From the NCBI GenBank assembly GCA_964421815.1, contig CAYQYT010000002.1, positions 33,396 through 97,395 of the forward strand: a stretch of 64,000 bases of DNA, in the 5' to 3' direction. Of the stretch, positions 54,704 through 64,000 are shown piece by piece. The number at the start of each line of letters is the position of its first letter. The stretch's first letter is position 1. The stretch comes from an uncultured Eubacteriales bacterium (lineage in GTDB: Bacteria > Bacillota > Clostridia > Oscillospirales > Acutalibacteraceae). Below the pieces are notes generated by a model. It was given only the letters and a program-made list of their open reading frames with translations. It did no database searches and was not told the origin of the DNA. Position numbers and translations under genes: made by a program.

Positions 54704-56065
54704 TTACCTCAGTAATAAATTTTGCGCCGATTTTATATCTTTGAAAATACCGCTCGCTACGGATGCGAACACACAGGCACCCACCGCGGCTTCTTCCCTG
54801 TGCTTGGGGAGGGCGGCTTCCATTTTAAAATCCTCCGTGAATATCTTTCTCCAGATTTCACTTTTTCGCAGTCCGTTGCCGGAGCAAACAAGTTGTGTGG
54901 GAGAAAATGACAAAAGGGATTTTTCACTTTCGTACATATCAAGAAGTTCTGTACAAACCCCTTTAAGTGTGCCGTATATGAGGTTTTCGGGGGTGAAATT
55001 GAAAGTTCCCATATTTTCAATACTGCCCCTAAGTTTCGGGTTTTCACGCGTTCCGCAGAACTGACAGTTTACTGTCAGTAAATCATCGGTTTCAGAAATG
55101 TTTTCCGCCGCGGAATCCATAAGCGCATACAGATTTTCCGCAGTGCCACCGAAAATTTGGGAGCATTTCTCAAAAAAGTCCTTTAAAATTGCATAGGCTC
55201 TGCCCCCGCAAAGAGAGGAGCCCACAAAAATGTACTTGTCGTCGGTTAAGGGACGGATTTCTCCGCAAGAGGTGAGCATTACTTTGTCGGTTACAAAGGA
55301 AACCTGACTTCCCGTTCCCACATTAACAAGGAGGGAACTTTCCGAATCCGCCACGGAGCCGAGAAAACTGGCCTGATTATCCCCGATTGCCACAGCAACG
55401 GGAATACCTTGGGGCAGAAAATCGCAAGCGGTTTTTCCCGCCAAAGCCGTCGATTTAATAACTTGTGGAAGAAAACTTCCGTCAATTTCTACTTTTTCCA
55501 AAGCCTTTTCGTCGAATCGGTTTTCTTTTAAATTATATATTCCCAAACTTGCTCCGTCACTTGAATGGGTGACGGGCTTTTCCTTTGTGAGAACGGAAAC
55601 AAGATAGTCGTGAACGGTACAGAGCATTACCGCATTTTCGGGAACTTCATTGTTTACCGAATTGTAAAAATGAGTTGTAAGACCGAAGCCCGAGGCGGCT
55701 TTTATGCCAGTTTTTTCTGTCAGAAATTCTGCATAGGTTAACCCGTCCTTGTAAATCTCGTTGCCACGTTCATCCTGCCAGATCATAAGAGGGGAGCAGG
55801 GGGCGAGATTTTTGTCAAGGTACAGAATTCCGTGCATCTGTCCCGTTACGCCCACGGCATCAATAGCCAAATCTTCCGTAACATCCTTTACTGCGGATTT
55901 TACGGTTTCAATTATTTTTTCGGGGTCCTGAAGTTTTTCAAAACTTCTGCCCTTGATAAACGAGTCGTTTTTTAAAGTACAACTTTTTAAAACACCGCTT
56001 TTTTCGGTGTTCAGCACAAGTGCCGTTACGGTTGTTGTGCCTATATCAATTCCCAATATATTCAT
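54704..56065 (-). CDS. FGGY-family carbohydrate kinase (sedoheptulokinase/xylulokinase-like)
   Basis: 453 aa with the N-terminal motif MNILGIDIGTTTV and AIGDNQAS. Confidence 0.75.
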   Translation of the reverse strand: MNILGIDIGTTTVTALVLNTEKSGVLKSCTLKNDSFIKGRSFEKLQDPEKIIETVKSAVKDVTEDLAIDAVGVTGQMHGILYLDKNLAPCSPLMIWQDERGNEIYKDGLTYAEFLTEKTGIKAASGFGLTTHFYNSVNNEVPENAVMLCTVHDYLVSVLTKEKPVTHSSDGASLGIYNLKENRFDEKALEKVEIDGSFLPQVIKSTALAGKTACDFLPQGIPVAVAIGDNQASFLGSVADSESSLLVNVGTGSQVSFVTDKVMLTSCGEIRPLTDDKYIFVGSSLCGGRAYAILKDFFEKCSQIFGGTAENLYALMDSAAENISETDDLLTVNCQFCGTRENPKLRGSIENMGTFNFTPENLIYGTLKGVCTELLDMYESEKSLLSFSPTQLVCSGNGLRKSEIWRKIFTEDFKMEAALPKHREEAAVGACVFASVASGIFKDIKSAQNLLLR

Positions 56066-56069
56066 AGTT

Positions 56070-58436
56070 TTAGCACATAACTGCAGTTGATGCAGGGTCG
56101 AGTCGGCGGATTATATCTTGCTGAATTGCGGGGGAAAGGTCAAGGAAGTTTACAAATGTACCGTGAATTCGCATAATATAAACTCCGCTTGGGGCGTATT
56201 TTTTCGGCTCCGCAAGTACCTTTTTGAGAATCTCCGCAGTTGTTACGTTAACATAGAGATAGAAAGGTGCCACATTACTGTTCAATTCGTTGAAGAACAG
56301 GGGCTTCATAACTTTGTCGCGGAATTCAATTCCCTTGCCCTCGTAATCCTTGCTTGTAAAATATTTCGGGTCGATTCCAAAGTGTGAAGCATAGCCGCCG
56401 CACATTTTTTCAAAGGGCAATTTCATAAGTGAAAGGGTACGGAAGCCAAGTCCGTTCTGTGCCTCGCCGTAAAGGGGGTCAACACCGTAGTTGAGCATAT
56501 CCCGCGCCTTTCTTCCGCAGGGGAGTGCGCCCACCCAGTAGCCGTATAAAAGGTGGGTTGAGGGGGTTGAAAAGTCGGGACGGAAATTGTTGCCCAGATA
56601 GTTTTTCTGTGCCCGTACCATATCGGCAATTTTTGACGCGATTTCCGCGGTTTCCCTGTCAACATTTTCAATATTGTTACCGAATTTTTCGGCGCCGAGG
56701 AGGTATTCGTGCAATTCCTCGTAGCCCTCAAAATTGCATTTTAATGCATCGAGCAGTTTCGAGGCATCCTCGGGACGTTCGTTAATAAGTTTGTCAATGG
56801 CAACAAAGGAATCCGCAACAACGCTTGTTCCGTGAATAAGGCAACCGCTTCCGTTGTACTTTGTGCCTTGGTGAGTGATGTCACGGGTGTCGTAGCCGGA
56901 TTCAATTCCGCCCATAACCGTGCTTAAAAAGGGTACGGGTAAGTGGGATATTGCCCTTGAACAGCCGTTGGCGGCTTTGACCATTTCGTCACAGTAATAC
57001 TGTGCGTTCTTGTAAAAACGTTCTCTGACATTTTTAAGTGCCGTAAGAGCATCCGTCTTTTCACAAACCGTGCCTATATAGTCACCCGTTATTGTTGAGT
57101 AACCGTCATTCAAAGTCAGTTCAAGAACTTTGCCTAAATTGAACCAACTGTTTGTTGTGTTGCCGTTGTCCTTGCCCATAATCAGCGGTTCCTGACAGCC
57201 GGCAATGGAGGTGTCCTCAATATCATCAATATCAATTCCCGCTTTTTCAAGAACTGTGTAGAGGGAATCGTCATTGAAAAATGAGGGGGTAAGGCAACCG
57301 GGAGTGAAAAGGAATCTGCCCAATTCTTCGTAAAGTTTTTGGGGAGTGTTTTTATGTAACTTTACGGAGAGAATGGGTTGGGGGAGATTCATATCGTAAT
57401 ACGCGTCAAGAAGTGCGTATGTGGAGTCGTTTGTAAGGTCGTTTCCATGTTTGTCCCGACCGCTGACAATAAGGTTCTGGGAGATTGCCCAACTTCTGTC
57501 CGCAACATTGAAAAATACAAGGAAATGCTTGAAAAGTGCGGCGGTTTCAGCCCTTGAAAGACCGTCTTTTGCACGGTAGGGCTCGAAAATTCTGTCCGCA
57601 TTGCCCACGGAGAATGCAAAGGGGTTTGGTGCCTGTTCAAGACACATTGTTTCCCAAAGGATTATAAAACTCTGGAGGGCTTCATAGAGGGTGTCCGCTC
57701 CGTTTTCGGGAACTTTTGCGAGAGTATCAACAAGAAGTTGGAGTTCTTCCTTTCTTTCGCCCTCGGCAACGGATAATTTTTCCTCTGCAATTTCTTTGTA
57801 TCTCTTTGCAAGAATGAGGGCACATTCCAAAGCAATTTTCATTGCATCGTAATTGTCCTTTTGCTCGTGGTCGGCACTTTTCTGCTTCTCCTCAATGTCC
57901 GAAAGCATCCTTTTAATGCCGTGTTTTAATGCATAACGCATACCGGGAATAAGGTGTCCCGTAACCTGTTCAACAAAAAACGCAACCTCGCCCGTAAGAT
58001 TTTCACACTCTTTATAAACTGCGGAGAGCGTTTTAACATAATCGGTTTCTTTGTCAAGTTCACGGAGGGCTTCTATCCGCTCTTTGGGGAATTCCTCCGT
58101 CGGGTCAATATCGTCATAAACTGCGGTGGGGTCGCAGTAGCCCGCAAAGGTTTCAACTCTGAAAGAGGGGTTTATGAGAGCGTAACTCCTTGCAAAAGCG
58201 TCCCTTTGAGTGCCTGCAAAAATACCGTGGTCGCTAATGGAAAGAGGTAGAATTTTTACCGCCTCTCTGAATTTTTCCGCGGCTCTTTTCATTGGGGGGA
58301 GGGAGCGGTATTTTTCATCCGCTTTCTGCTCCGCTTCCTTAATGATAAACCAGCCTTCAAGATGGTCGATTGCTCTTTCTTCCTTGAAAAGAAGTTTTGC
58401 CTTTTCCGTTGTTTTAATGGGGTCAAAATTATACAT
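56070..58436 (-). CDS. glycyl radical enzyme, eliminase/dehydratase-type (PFL-like fold), substrate unknown
   Basis: 788 aa. The thiyl loop with general base is SIAGCQEPL (GCxE type, not the CC of PFL). The C-terminal glycyl motif is YIMRIHGTFVNF. An activase gene lies directly upstream. Confidence 0.8.
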   Translation of the reverse strand: MYNFDPIKTTEKAKLLFKEERAIDHLEGWFIIKEAEQKADEKYRSLPPMKRAAEKFREAVKILPLSISDHGIFAGTQRDAFARSYALINPSFRVETFAGYCDPTAVYDDIDPTEEFPKERIEALRELDKETDYVKTLSAVYKECENLTGEVAFFVEQVTGHLIPGMRYALKHGIKRMLSDIEEKQKSADHEQKDNYDAMKIALECALILAKRYKEIAEEKLSVAEGERKEELQLLVDTLAKVPENGADTLYEALQSFIILWETMCLEQAPNPFAFSVGNADRIFEPYRAKDGLSRAETAALFKHFLVFFNVADRSWAISQNLIVSGRDKHGNDLTNDSTYALLDAYYDMNLPQPILSVKLHKNTPQKLYEELGRFLFTPGCLTPSFFNDDSLYTVLEKAGIDIDDIEDTSIAGCQEPLIMGKDNGNTTNSWFNLGKVLELTLNDGYSTITGDYIGTVCEKTDALTALKNVRERFYKNAQYYCDEMVKAANGCSRAISHLPVPFLSTVMGGIESGYDTRDITHQGTKYNGSGCLIHGTSVVADSFVAIDKLINERPEDASKLLDALKCNFEGYEELHEYLLGAEKFGNNIENVDRETAEIASKIADMVRAQKNYLGNNFRPDFSTPSTHLLYGYWVGALPCGRKARDMLNYGVDPLYGEAQNGLGFRTLSLMKLPFEKMCGGYASHFGIDPKYFTSKDYEGKGIEFRDKVMKPLFFNELNSNVAPFYLYVNVTTAEILKKVLAEPKKYAPSGVYIMRIHGTFVNFLDLSPAIQQDIIRRLDPASTAVMC

Positions 58437-58445
58437 AAAAACACC

Positions 58446-59195
58446 TCAAGTGTGAATTAAATTCAAATTTCTTTTTTTTATTTCAGTTGCCAACAGTGTA
58501 ACATCTTCCTGTGTTACAAAGCCGTTTCGGAAATTATAGACTTTACCCGCCTTTTCGTACTTTTCCATCCCGTATTCGTGGTAGGTGAGTATTTCAAAAT
58601 ATAGGTTTTGATTACCGCTTTTCTCCCTTAATTCTTCAAAAAATTTCCCAAAAGAAACGGCGTCCTCTTTTTTGTTGTTAAATCCGTTTATAAGGGGGAT
58701 TCTTATAAGCAGGGGCTTGCCGGTTTTTGCCCGAAAAAGCAGATTGCTTTTTATGACTTCTATGTCTGCACCGGTGATACTTTTGAGGAGTTCACCGTCA
58801 GGGGATTTAAAATCCGCTATCATGTAATCTACGTTTAAAAATATTTCCTCGCAATTTTTCAGGGATGCGTTTGTTTCAATGCAGGTGTGAATATTGTTCT
58901 CTTTAAGTTTTTGCAAAAGCAATAAAACCGATTCTTTTTGACAGGTGACTTCGCCACCCGTAAGGGTTACACCGCCCCCGTCAATAAACATCATTTTGCA
59001 TGAAAGGACTTCTTTGAGTATCTCTTCAACATTCAAAGCCGCAGCTTTGTCCGACAGTTCCATTCCCTCGGGATTTGAACACCAGGGGCATTTTAAATTG
59101 CAACCGCAAAGGTGATAAACAAGGCGGTTTCCCGGTCCGTCCTGGGAGTAGTTAAACCCCTTTTGAAATATGTAAACAGTGTTCCGGTTTTGCAA
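58446..59195 (-). CDS. glycyl-radical enzyme activating protein (radical SAM)
   Basis: 249 aa with a TTG start after GGGGGTGG. Motifs are FNYSQDGPGNRLVYHLCGCNLKCPWC (CX3CX2C) and GGVTLTGGE. Confidence 0.85.
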   Translation of the reverse strand: MQNRNTVYIFQKGFNYSQDGPGNRLVYHLCGCNLKCPWCSNPEGMELSDKAAALNVEEILKEVLSCKMMFIDGGGVTLTGGEVTCQKESVLLLLQKLKENNIHTCIETNASLKNCEEIFLNVDYMIADFKSPDGELLKSITGADIEVIKSNLLFRAKTGKPLLIRIPLINGFNNKKEDAVSFGKFFEELREKSGNQNLYFEILTYHEYGMEKYEKAGKVYNFRNGFVTQEDVTLLATEIKKRNLNLIHT

Positions 59196-59225
59196 AGTGC
59201 CACCCCCAAGTTGCTATATTGTATT

Positions 59226-59254
59226 ATTTTACACTATATATGTTTGATATTCAA
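59226..59254 (-). promoter_or_regulatory. possible sigma-A promoter of the glycyl radical enzyme operon
   Basis: On the minus strand: TTGAAT, 17 nt, TAAAAT. Confidence 0.4.
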
Positions 59255-59422
59255 TAAATTGTTAGTTTTAACATTGCCAAAGTTAACTTTTTTTATTTGT
59301 TTAATTTGACATACAATATTTAAAAATACGGGCGAATTCAAAGGAAAAATCTTTTAGTGAAACTCACCAAAAACATTATCATTTATATTCTAAAAAATGG
59401 CGGTGCAAAAACAGAGTTCCTA

Positions 59423-59451
59423 TTGACAAATCCCGCGGGTTTTGGTATCAT
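59423..59451 (+). promoter_or_regulatory. sigma-A promoter of the pyr operon
   Basis: TTGACA, 17 nt, TATCAT. Confidence 0.55.
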
Positions 59452-59454
59452 TAT

Positions 59455-59575
59455 TAAGGTCTTTAAGTCGATACAGAGAGATCGGCAAGATTGAATTATG
59501 AATATGTGGGTACAGTGCAGCTGTATCAATGTCTTTGTGTGTTCAGCCTTGCCGATGTGCAAGGCTTTTTGTTTA
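59455..59575 (+). promoter_or_regulatory. PyrR-type transcription attenuator (binding hairpin, antiterminator, terminator)
   Basis: The hairpin GTCGAT-ACAGAGAG-ATCGGC (59467-59486) carries the CAGAGAG loop preceded by CTTTAAG. ATCGGCAAG (59481-59489) is complementary to CTTGCCGAT (59548-59556). That segment overlaps the terminator AGCCTTGC-cgatgt-GCAAGGCT+TTTTTG (59545-59572). Confidence 0.6.
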
Positions 59576-59599
59576 GAAATGTTATTGAAAGGGATTTTT

Positions 59600-60832
59600 A
59601 TGTCACAGCAATTAAAGGCAAAAACAATAAATAACGCTGCAACTAAAAAGGTCGGTTCTCCTTCCTTCTTTTCGGATGTTGCGGCTCAGTTGTCTTCTTT
59701 TCCCGCTATTTCTATTTTTAATTGTGATAAATATTTTATTTTCCCCGGCTTTTGCGATGTGCATGTGCATTTTCGTGAGCCGGGTTTTTCTTATAAAGAA
59801 ACCATTGAAACAGGTTGCAAGGCGTCTGCTCACGGAGGTTATACCGCGGTTCTGACAATGCCCAACCTGAATCCCGTTCCCGACAGCGTGGCGCATCTTA
59901 AAGAACAGACGGACATAATAGAAAAGAGCGCAACAATAAATGTTTACCCCTATGCCGCAATTACCGTTGGGCAAAGGGGCGAGGAACTTACCCCAATGAG
60001 TGATTTGGCGGAAAATGCAATAGCCTTTTCCGATGACGGCAGGGGAGTTCAAAGCGAGGAACTTATGCGACAGGCGATGCTTAAAGCAAAGTCCTTGGGT
60101 AAAATAATCGTTGCCCATTGTGAAGATAATTCCCTGCTCCGCGGCGGCTATATTCACGACGGTGTATATGCCAAGACCCATAACCACAAAGGTATATGCA
60201 GTGAAAGTGAATGGAAACCCATTGAACGCGATTTGAAACTCGTGAAAGAAACGGGTTGTAAATACCATGTGTGCCACATTTCCACAAAGGAGAGCGTGGA
60301 ACTTATAAGAAAGGCAAAGGCGGAGGGTTTGGATGTAACCTGTGAAACGGGGCCCCACTACCTTGTTCTTGACGAAAATGATTTGCAGGAAAACGGAAGA
60401 TTTAAAATGAACCCGCCCCTGCGTTCAAAAGAGGACAGAATGGCTCTTATAGAGGGCATCAAGGACGGCACAATAGACATGATTGCCACCGACCACGCGC
60501 CCCATTCCGCAGAGGAAAAAAGCAAGGGCCTTTCGGGAAGTGCTTTCGGAGTTGTGGGAATTGAAACCGCTTTTCAGATAATGTTTACAAACTTCGTTGA
60601 AACCGGCGAAATTACCTTGGAAAAACTCATTGATCTTTTGGCAATAAATCCGAGAGTTCGTTTCGGTATTCCGCTGAATTCGGATTTCACGGTCTGGGAT
60701 TTGGAAAAAGAAAGTTTTATAAATCCCGAAGATTTCCTTTCAAAAGGAAAAGCGACTCCTTTTGAAAATATGAAAGTCAAGGGCGAATGTGTCCTTACGG
60801 TATGCAACGGAAAAGTTGCTTATATAAAATAA
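59600..60832 (+). CDS. pyrC: dihydroorotase
   Basis: Trimmed to the ATG at 59600 (RBS GAAAGGGA), giving 410 aa. Motifs are DVHVHFREPG and ATDHAPH. Confidence 0.9.
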   Translation: MSQQLKAKTINNAATKKVGSPSFFSDVAAQLSSFPAISIFNCDKYFIFPGFCDVHVHFREPGFSYKETIETGCKASAHGGYTAVLTMPNLNPVPDSVAHLKEQTDIIEKSATINVYPYAAITVGQRGEELTPMSDLAENAIAFSDDGRGVQSEELMRQAMLKAKSLGKIIVAHCEDNSLLRGGYIHDGVYAKTHNHKGICSESEWKPIERDLKLVKETGCKYHVCHISTKESVELIRKAKAEGLDVTCETGPHYLVLDENDLQENGRFKMNPPLRSKEDRMALIEGIKDGTIDMIATDHAPHSAEEKSKGLSGSAFGVVGIETAFQIMFTNFVETGEITLEKLIDLLAINPRVRFGIPLNSDFTVWDLEKESFINPEDFLSKGKATPFENMKVKGECVLTVCNGKVAYIK

Positions 60833-60871
60833 GTTAATAAATATGATGATATAGATTTGGAGGATTTTTTA

Positions 60872-63800
60872 ATGGCAAAGAGAACGGACATCAAGAAAGT
60901 TTTAATTATCGGTTCAGGCCCCATTGTTATCGGTCAGGCGGCAGAGTTTGACTACGCAGGTACCCAGGCTTGTCTGGCACTTAAAGAGGAGGGTTACGAG
61001 GTTGTTCTTGTTAACTCCAACCCCGCAACAATTATGACGGATACCACAATCGCCGACAAGGTTTATATGGAGCCTCTCACACTTGAATACGTTGCAAAGA
61101 TTTTGAGATATGAACGTCCCGATGCGATTATTCCCGGTATCGGTGGTCAGACAGGTCTTAACCTTGCAATGCAGCTTGAAAAGAAAGGTGTTCTCAAAGA
61201 GTGCGGAGTTGAACTTCTCGGCACAAGCAGCGAGAGTATTGAAAGAGCGGAGGACCGCGAACTTTTCAAGGAACTCTGCCAGTCAATCGGTGAACCCATA
61301 ATTCCCTCGGAAATCACTTACAGCCTTGAGGAAGCACTTGCCGCGGCAAAGAGGATCGGCTATCCCGTTGTTGTGCGTCCCGCATTCACTCTCGGCGGTA
61401 CAGGCGGCGGATTTGCTTCCAATGAAGAAGAACTTATAGATATCGGCACCAACGCATTCAAAATGTCCCCCGTACACCAGGCACTTATCGAAAAGAGCGT
61501 TAAGGGTTACAAGGAAATTGAGTTTGAGGTTATGCGCGACTCCAATGACCACGCAATTACAATCTGCGGTATGGAAAACATTGACCCCGTGGGTGTTCAC
61601 ACAGGTGACTCCCTTGTTGTTGCGCCCATTCTCACTCTTAATGACCACGATTTGAAAATGCTCAATGACAGCGCTCTTAAAATTATTCGTGAACTTAAAA
61701 TTGAGGGCGGATGCAATGTTCAGTTTGCTCTCAATCCCCATTCAAGTGAATATTTCCTTATTGAAGTTAACCCCCGTGTTTCCCGTTCTTCCGCCCTTGC
61801 CTCAAAGGCAAGCGGCTACCCCATTGCAAGAGTTACCGCAAAAATTGCCATGGGTATGGCTCTTGAAGATATTAAGATTGCAAACACAACGGCGGCTTTT
61901 GAACCCTCTCTTGACTATATCGTTGCAAAACTTCCCCGTTTCCCCTTTGATAAATTTACAACTGCCGTAAACATCCTGGGTACGCAGATGAAAGCCACCG
62001 GCGAGGTTATGGGTATCGGTTCAAATCTCGAGGAGTGTCTTCTCAAATCCGTTCGTTCCCTTGAAGTCGGTACTTGCCATTTCTACGCGGCAAAATTCAA
62101 CGATATGACGGTTGACGAACTTCTTGAATATATTTCTGAATTCAGAGCGGACGGCATTTTTGCTGTTACCGAAGCCATTGCCCGCGGTGTTACTATCGAA
62201 AAACTCCACGAGATTACAATGATTACACCATTTTTCCTTGAATCCTTCAAGAAAATCATTGATATGGAGAATAAACTCAAGGAAAACAAGGGTAACCCCG
62301 CAGTTCTTACGGAAGCAAAGAAAATGGGCTTCTGTGACGAATTTGTTGCACATCTTTGGGGTGTTGACGAACTTGATGTATATAAAGTTCGTAAAGAGAA
62401 TAATATATTCCCCGTTTACAGAATGGTTGATACCTGCCACACAAATGCGTATATTCCTTATTTCTACTCATCATATTCCGAAAAGAATGACTCAATTATC
62501 ACCGATAAGGAAAAAATCATTGTTCTCGGTGCGGGTCCCATCCGTATCGGTCAGGGTGTTGAGTTCGACTATTCAACGGTTCATGCCGTAACCACAATTA
62601 AAAAATCCGGTTACGAAGCAATTATAATCAACAACAATCCCGAAACAGTTTCCACGGACTACACAACTGCGGACAAACTCTATTTTGAACCCCTCACTCC
62701 CGAGGATGTAATGAATATTATTGAGTTTGAAAAGCCCATCGGTGTAATTACTTCCTTGGGCGGACAAACCGCAATCAACCTTGCGGAGCCCCTTATGAAA
62801 AGGGGAGTTAAACTCATCGGTACGGACTGTGAAGCCATCGAAAGAGCGGAAAACAGAGACAGTTTTGAAAAAATTCTTAAAAGCTTAAACATTCCTCAAC
62901 CCAAGGGCAAGGCGGTTACAAATATTGAAGACGGTGTAAATGCCGCCGCGGAAATCGGCTACCCCGTTCTTGTTCGCCCCAGTTTCGTTCTCGGCGGACG
63001 TGCAATGCAGATTGTTGCCAATGAGGAACAACTCCGTCACTACCTTAAAACCGCTGTTGAAATCGACGAGGACAAGCCCGTTCTTGTTGACAAATACATT
63101 CAGGGTAAAGAGGTTGAGGTTGACGCAATTTGCGACGGCAGGGATGTTTTTGTTCCCGGTATTATGGAACTTGTTGAAAAAACGGGTATTCACTCCGGTG
63201 ACTCCATTAGCGTTTACCCCTCATTCAGTATTTCTGACAAGGTTAAAGGCATAATTCTTCAGTATGCGAAGAAATTGGGACTTGGCATTGGCATTGTGGG
63301 ACTTTATAACATTCAGTTCATTGTTGACGAAAATGACGATGTTTATATAATCGAGGTTAACCCCCGTTCATCAAGAACAGTGCCCTTCCTTTCAAAAGCC
63401 ACGGGCTACTCCCTTGCAGATATTGCAACAGAGGTTATTATGGGCAAGAGTCTTAAAGAGCAGGGTATATTTGATATTTACCCCACGGAGAAAAACCGTT
63501 GGTATGTAAAAGTTCCCGTTTTCTCATTTAACAAAATCCGTGGTCTTGATGCCTACCTTTCACCCGAAATGAAATCAACGGGTGAAGCAATCGGCTATGA
63601 CGATAAACTCAACCGTGCTCTTTATAAAGCACTTCAGGCTTCGGGTATGCATCTTCAAAACTACGGTACTGTTTTTGCAACACTTGCAGACAACGACAAG
63701 GAGGAGGCACTTCCCCTTATTCGCCGTTTCTACAAGTTGGGCTTCAACATTCAGGCAACCCAGGGTACTGCAAACTTCCTTAAAGAAAACGGCATAAGAA

Positions 63801-64000
63801 CCCACGTTCTCAAGAAAATCAGCGAGGGCAGCACGGAGATTCCCGATGCACTCCGCCAGGGTCACATTGCTTATGTTATCAACACAAAGGACATAAGTTC
63901 AACAGGTGAAGAAAACGACGGTTATCAAATCCGCCGTTATGCAATAGAGAACAACGCAACAATATTTACAGCCCTCGATACCGTAAGAGTTCTTCTTGAC
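60872..64000 (+). CDS. carB: carbamoyl-phosphate synthase large subunit, 3' end beyond the window (open-ended, so not in the ORF track)
   Basis: The ATG at 60872 follows GGAGG. It reads MAKRTDIKKVLIIGSGPIVIGQAAEFDYAGTQAC... and stays open for 1043 codons to the window end. A second ATP-grasp half is visible (KIIVLGAGPIRIGQGVEFDY). Confidence 0.95.
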   Translation, partial: MAKRTDIKKVLIIGSGPIVIGQAAEFDYAGTQACLALKEEGYEVVLVNSNPATIMTDTTIADKVYMEPLTLEYVAKILRYERPDAIIPGIGGQTGLNLAMQLEKKGVLKECGVELLGTSSESIERAEDRELFKELCQSIGEPIIPSEITYSLEEALAAAKRIGYPVVVRPAFTLGGTGGGFASNEEELIDIGTNAFKMSPVHQALIEKSVKGYKEIEFEVMRDSNDHAITICGMENIDPVGVHTGDSLVVAPILTLNDHDLKMLNDSALKIIRELKIEGGCNVQFALNPHSSEYFLIEVNPRVSRSSALASKASGYPIARVTAKIAMGMALEDIKIANTTAAFEPSLDYIVAKLPRFPFDKFTTAVNILGTQMKATGEVMGIGSNLEECLLKSVRSLEVGTCHFYAAKFNDMTVDELLEYISEFRADGIFAVTEAIARGVTIEKLHEITMITPFFLESFKKIIDMENKLKENKGNPAVLTEAKKMGFCDEFVAHLWGVDELDVYKVRKENNIFPVYRMVDTCHTNAYIPYFYSSYSEKNDSIITDKEKIIVLGAGPIRIGQGVEFDYSTVHAVTTIKKSGYEAIIINNNPETVSTDYTTADKLYFEPLTPEDVMNIIEFEKPIGVITSLGGQTAINLAEPLMKRGVKLIGTDCEAIERAENRDSFEKILKSLNIPQPKGKAVTNIEDGVNAAAEIGYPVLVRPSFVLGGRAMQIVANEEQLRHYLKTAVEIDEDKPVLVDKYIQGKEVEVDAICDGRDVFVPGIMELVEKTGIHSGDSISVYPSFSISDKVKGIILQYAKKLGLGIGIVGLYNIQFIVDENDDVYIIEVNPRSSRTVPFLSKATGYSLADIATEVIMGKSLKEQGIFDIYPTEKNRWYVKVPVFSFNKIRGLDAYLSPEMKSTGEAIGYDDKLNRALYKALQASGMHLQNYGTVFATLADNDKEEALPLIRRFYKLGFNIQATQGTANFLKENGIRTHVLKKISEGSTEIPDALRQGHIAYVINTKDISSTGEENDGYQIRRYAIENNATIFTALDTVRVLLD

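Noticed and set aside
59498-59599. Upstream extension of pyrC (MNMWVQCSCINVF...)
   Set aside because: The extension would translate through the PyrR attenuator and terminator. The ATG at 59600 has a proper RBS and yields a normal-length dihydroorotase.
61283-63865. Minus-strand ORFs (152, 139, 102 and 96 aa) inside carB
   Set aside because: They are antisense to a continuous, highly recognisable carB reading frame.

Overview
This is a low-G+C, Clostridia-like chromosomal segment. The ypeB germination gene, class B sortase, LysM domain and dockerin/cohesin-type modules suggest a monoderm Ruminococcus/Oscillospiraceae-type organism; this is inference. All calls come from reading the sequence and ORF track by eye, with no searches run. 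Coordinates of RNA structures and promoters are approximate.

Layout:
- 1-24.5 kb is mostly housekeeping. It holds srtB-cinA-thiI-cysteine desulfurase (minus strand), ypeB, plsC, a DMT transporter and a 1675-aa Big_2/LRR/dockerin surface protein. It also holds an xpt plus BMP-family nucleoside ABC importer operon.
- 24.5-25.7 kb is a 1.2-kb gene-free gap. It contains a consensus promoter driving about 550 nt of G+C-rich, hairpin-dense RNA, bracketed by 11-bp direct repeats.
- 25.7-52.9 kb is about 27 kb, all on the + strand, devoted to the cell surface. It encodes an 1833-aa FIVAR/dockerin protein, two cohesin-like proteins (one also with a twin dockerin) and two small ORFs sharing a RiPP-like leader. 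An S24/S26-like peptidase and a fused Wzz/BY-tyrosine kinase follow.
- The same block then carries a type IV pilus locus: PilP-like, a LysM plus secretin-N-domain protein with no beta-barrel, pilT, pilC, pilM, pilN, pilO and pilB. It ends with a 630-aa PilX-like protein, a 1265-aa giant pilin-like protein and a 403-aa pilin carrying a CFI-box-type C-terminal anchor.
- 53-59.2 kb (minus strand) is a tight operon: glycyl-radical enzyme activase, eliminase-type glycyl radical enzyme, FGGY sugar kinase, class I mannose-6-phosphate isomerase-like cupin and a small helical protein.
- 59.4-64 kb holds a PyrR-type attenuator, pyrC and carB (3' truncated by the window).

No tRNA, rRNA, CRISPR array or transposase was seen.

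The candidates most worth follow-up are:
- the structured RNA element at about 25.1-25.7 kb;
- the PilP/PilQ-N-domain pair in an apparently outer-membrane-less organism;
- the doubly anchored CFI-box pilin and the giant pilins;
- the orphan lasso-like leader peptides;
- the sugar-linked glycyl radical enzyme operon.
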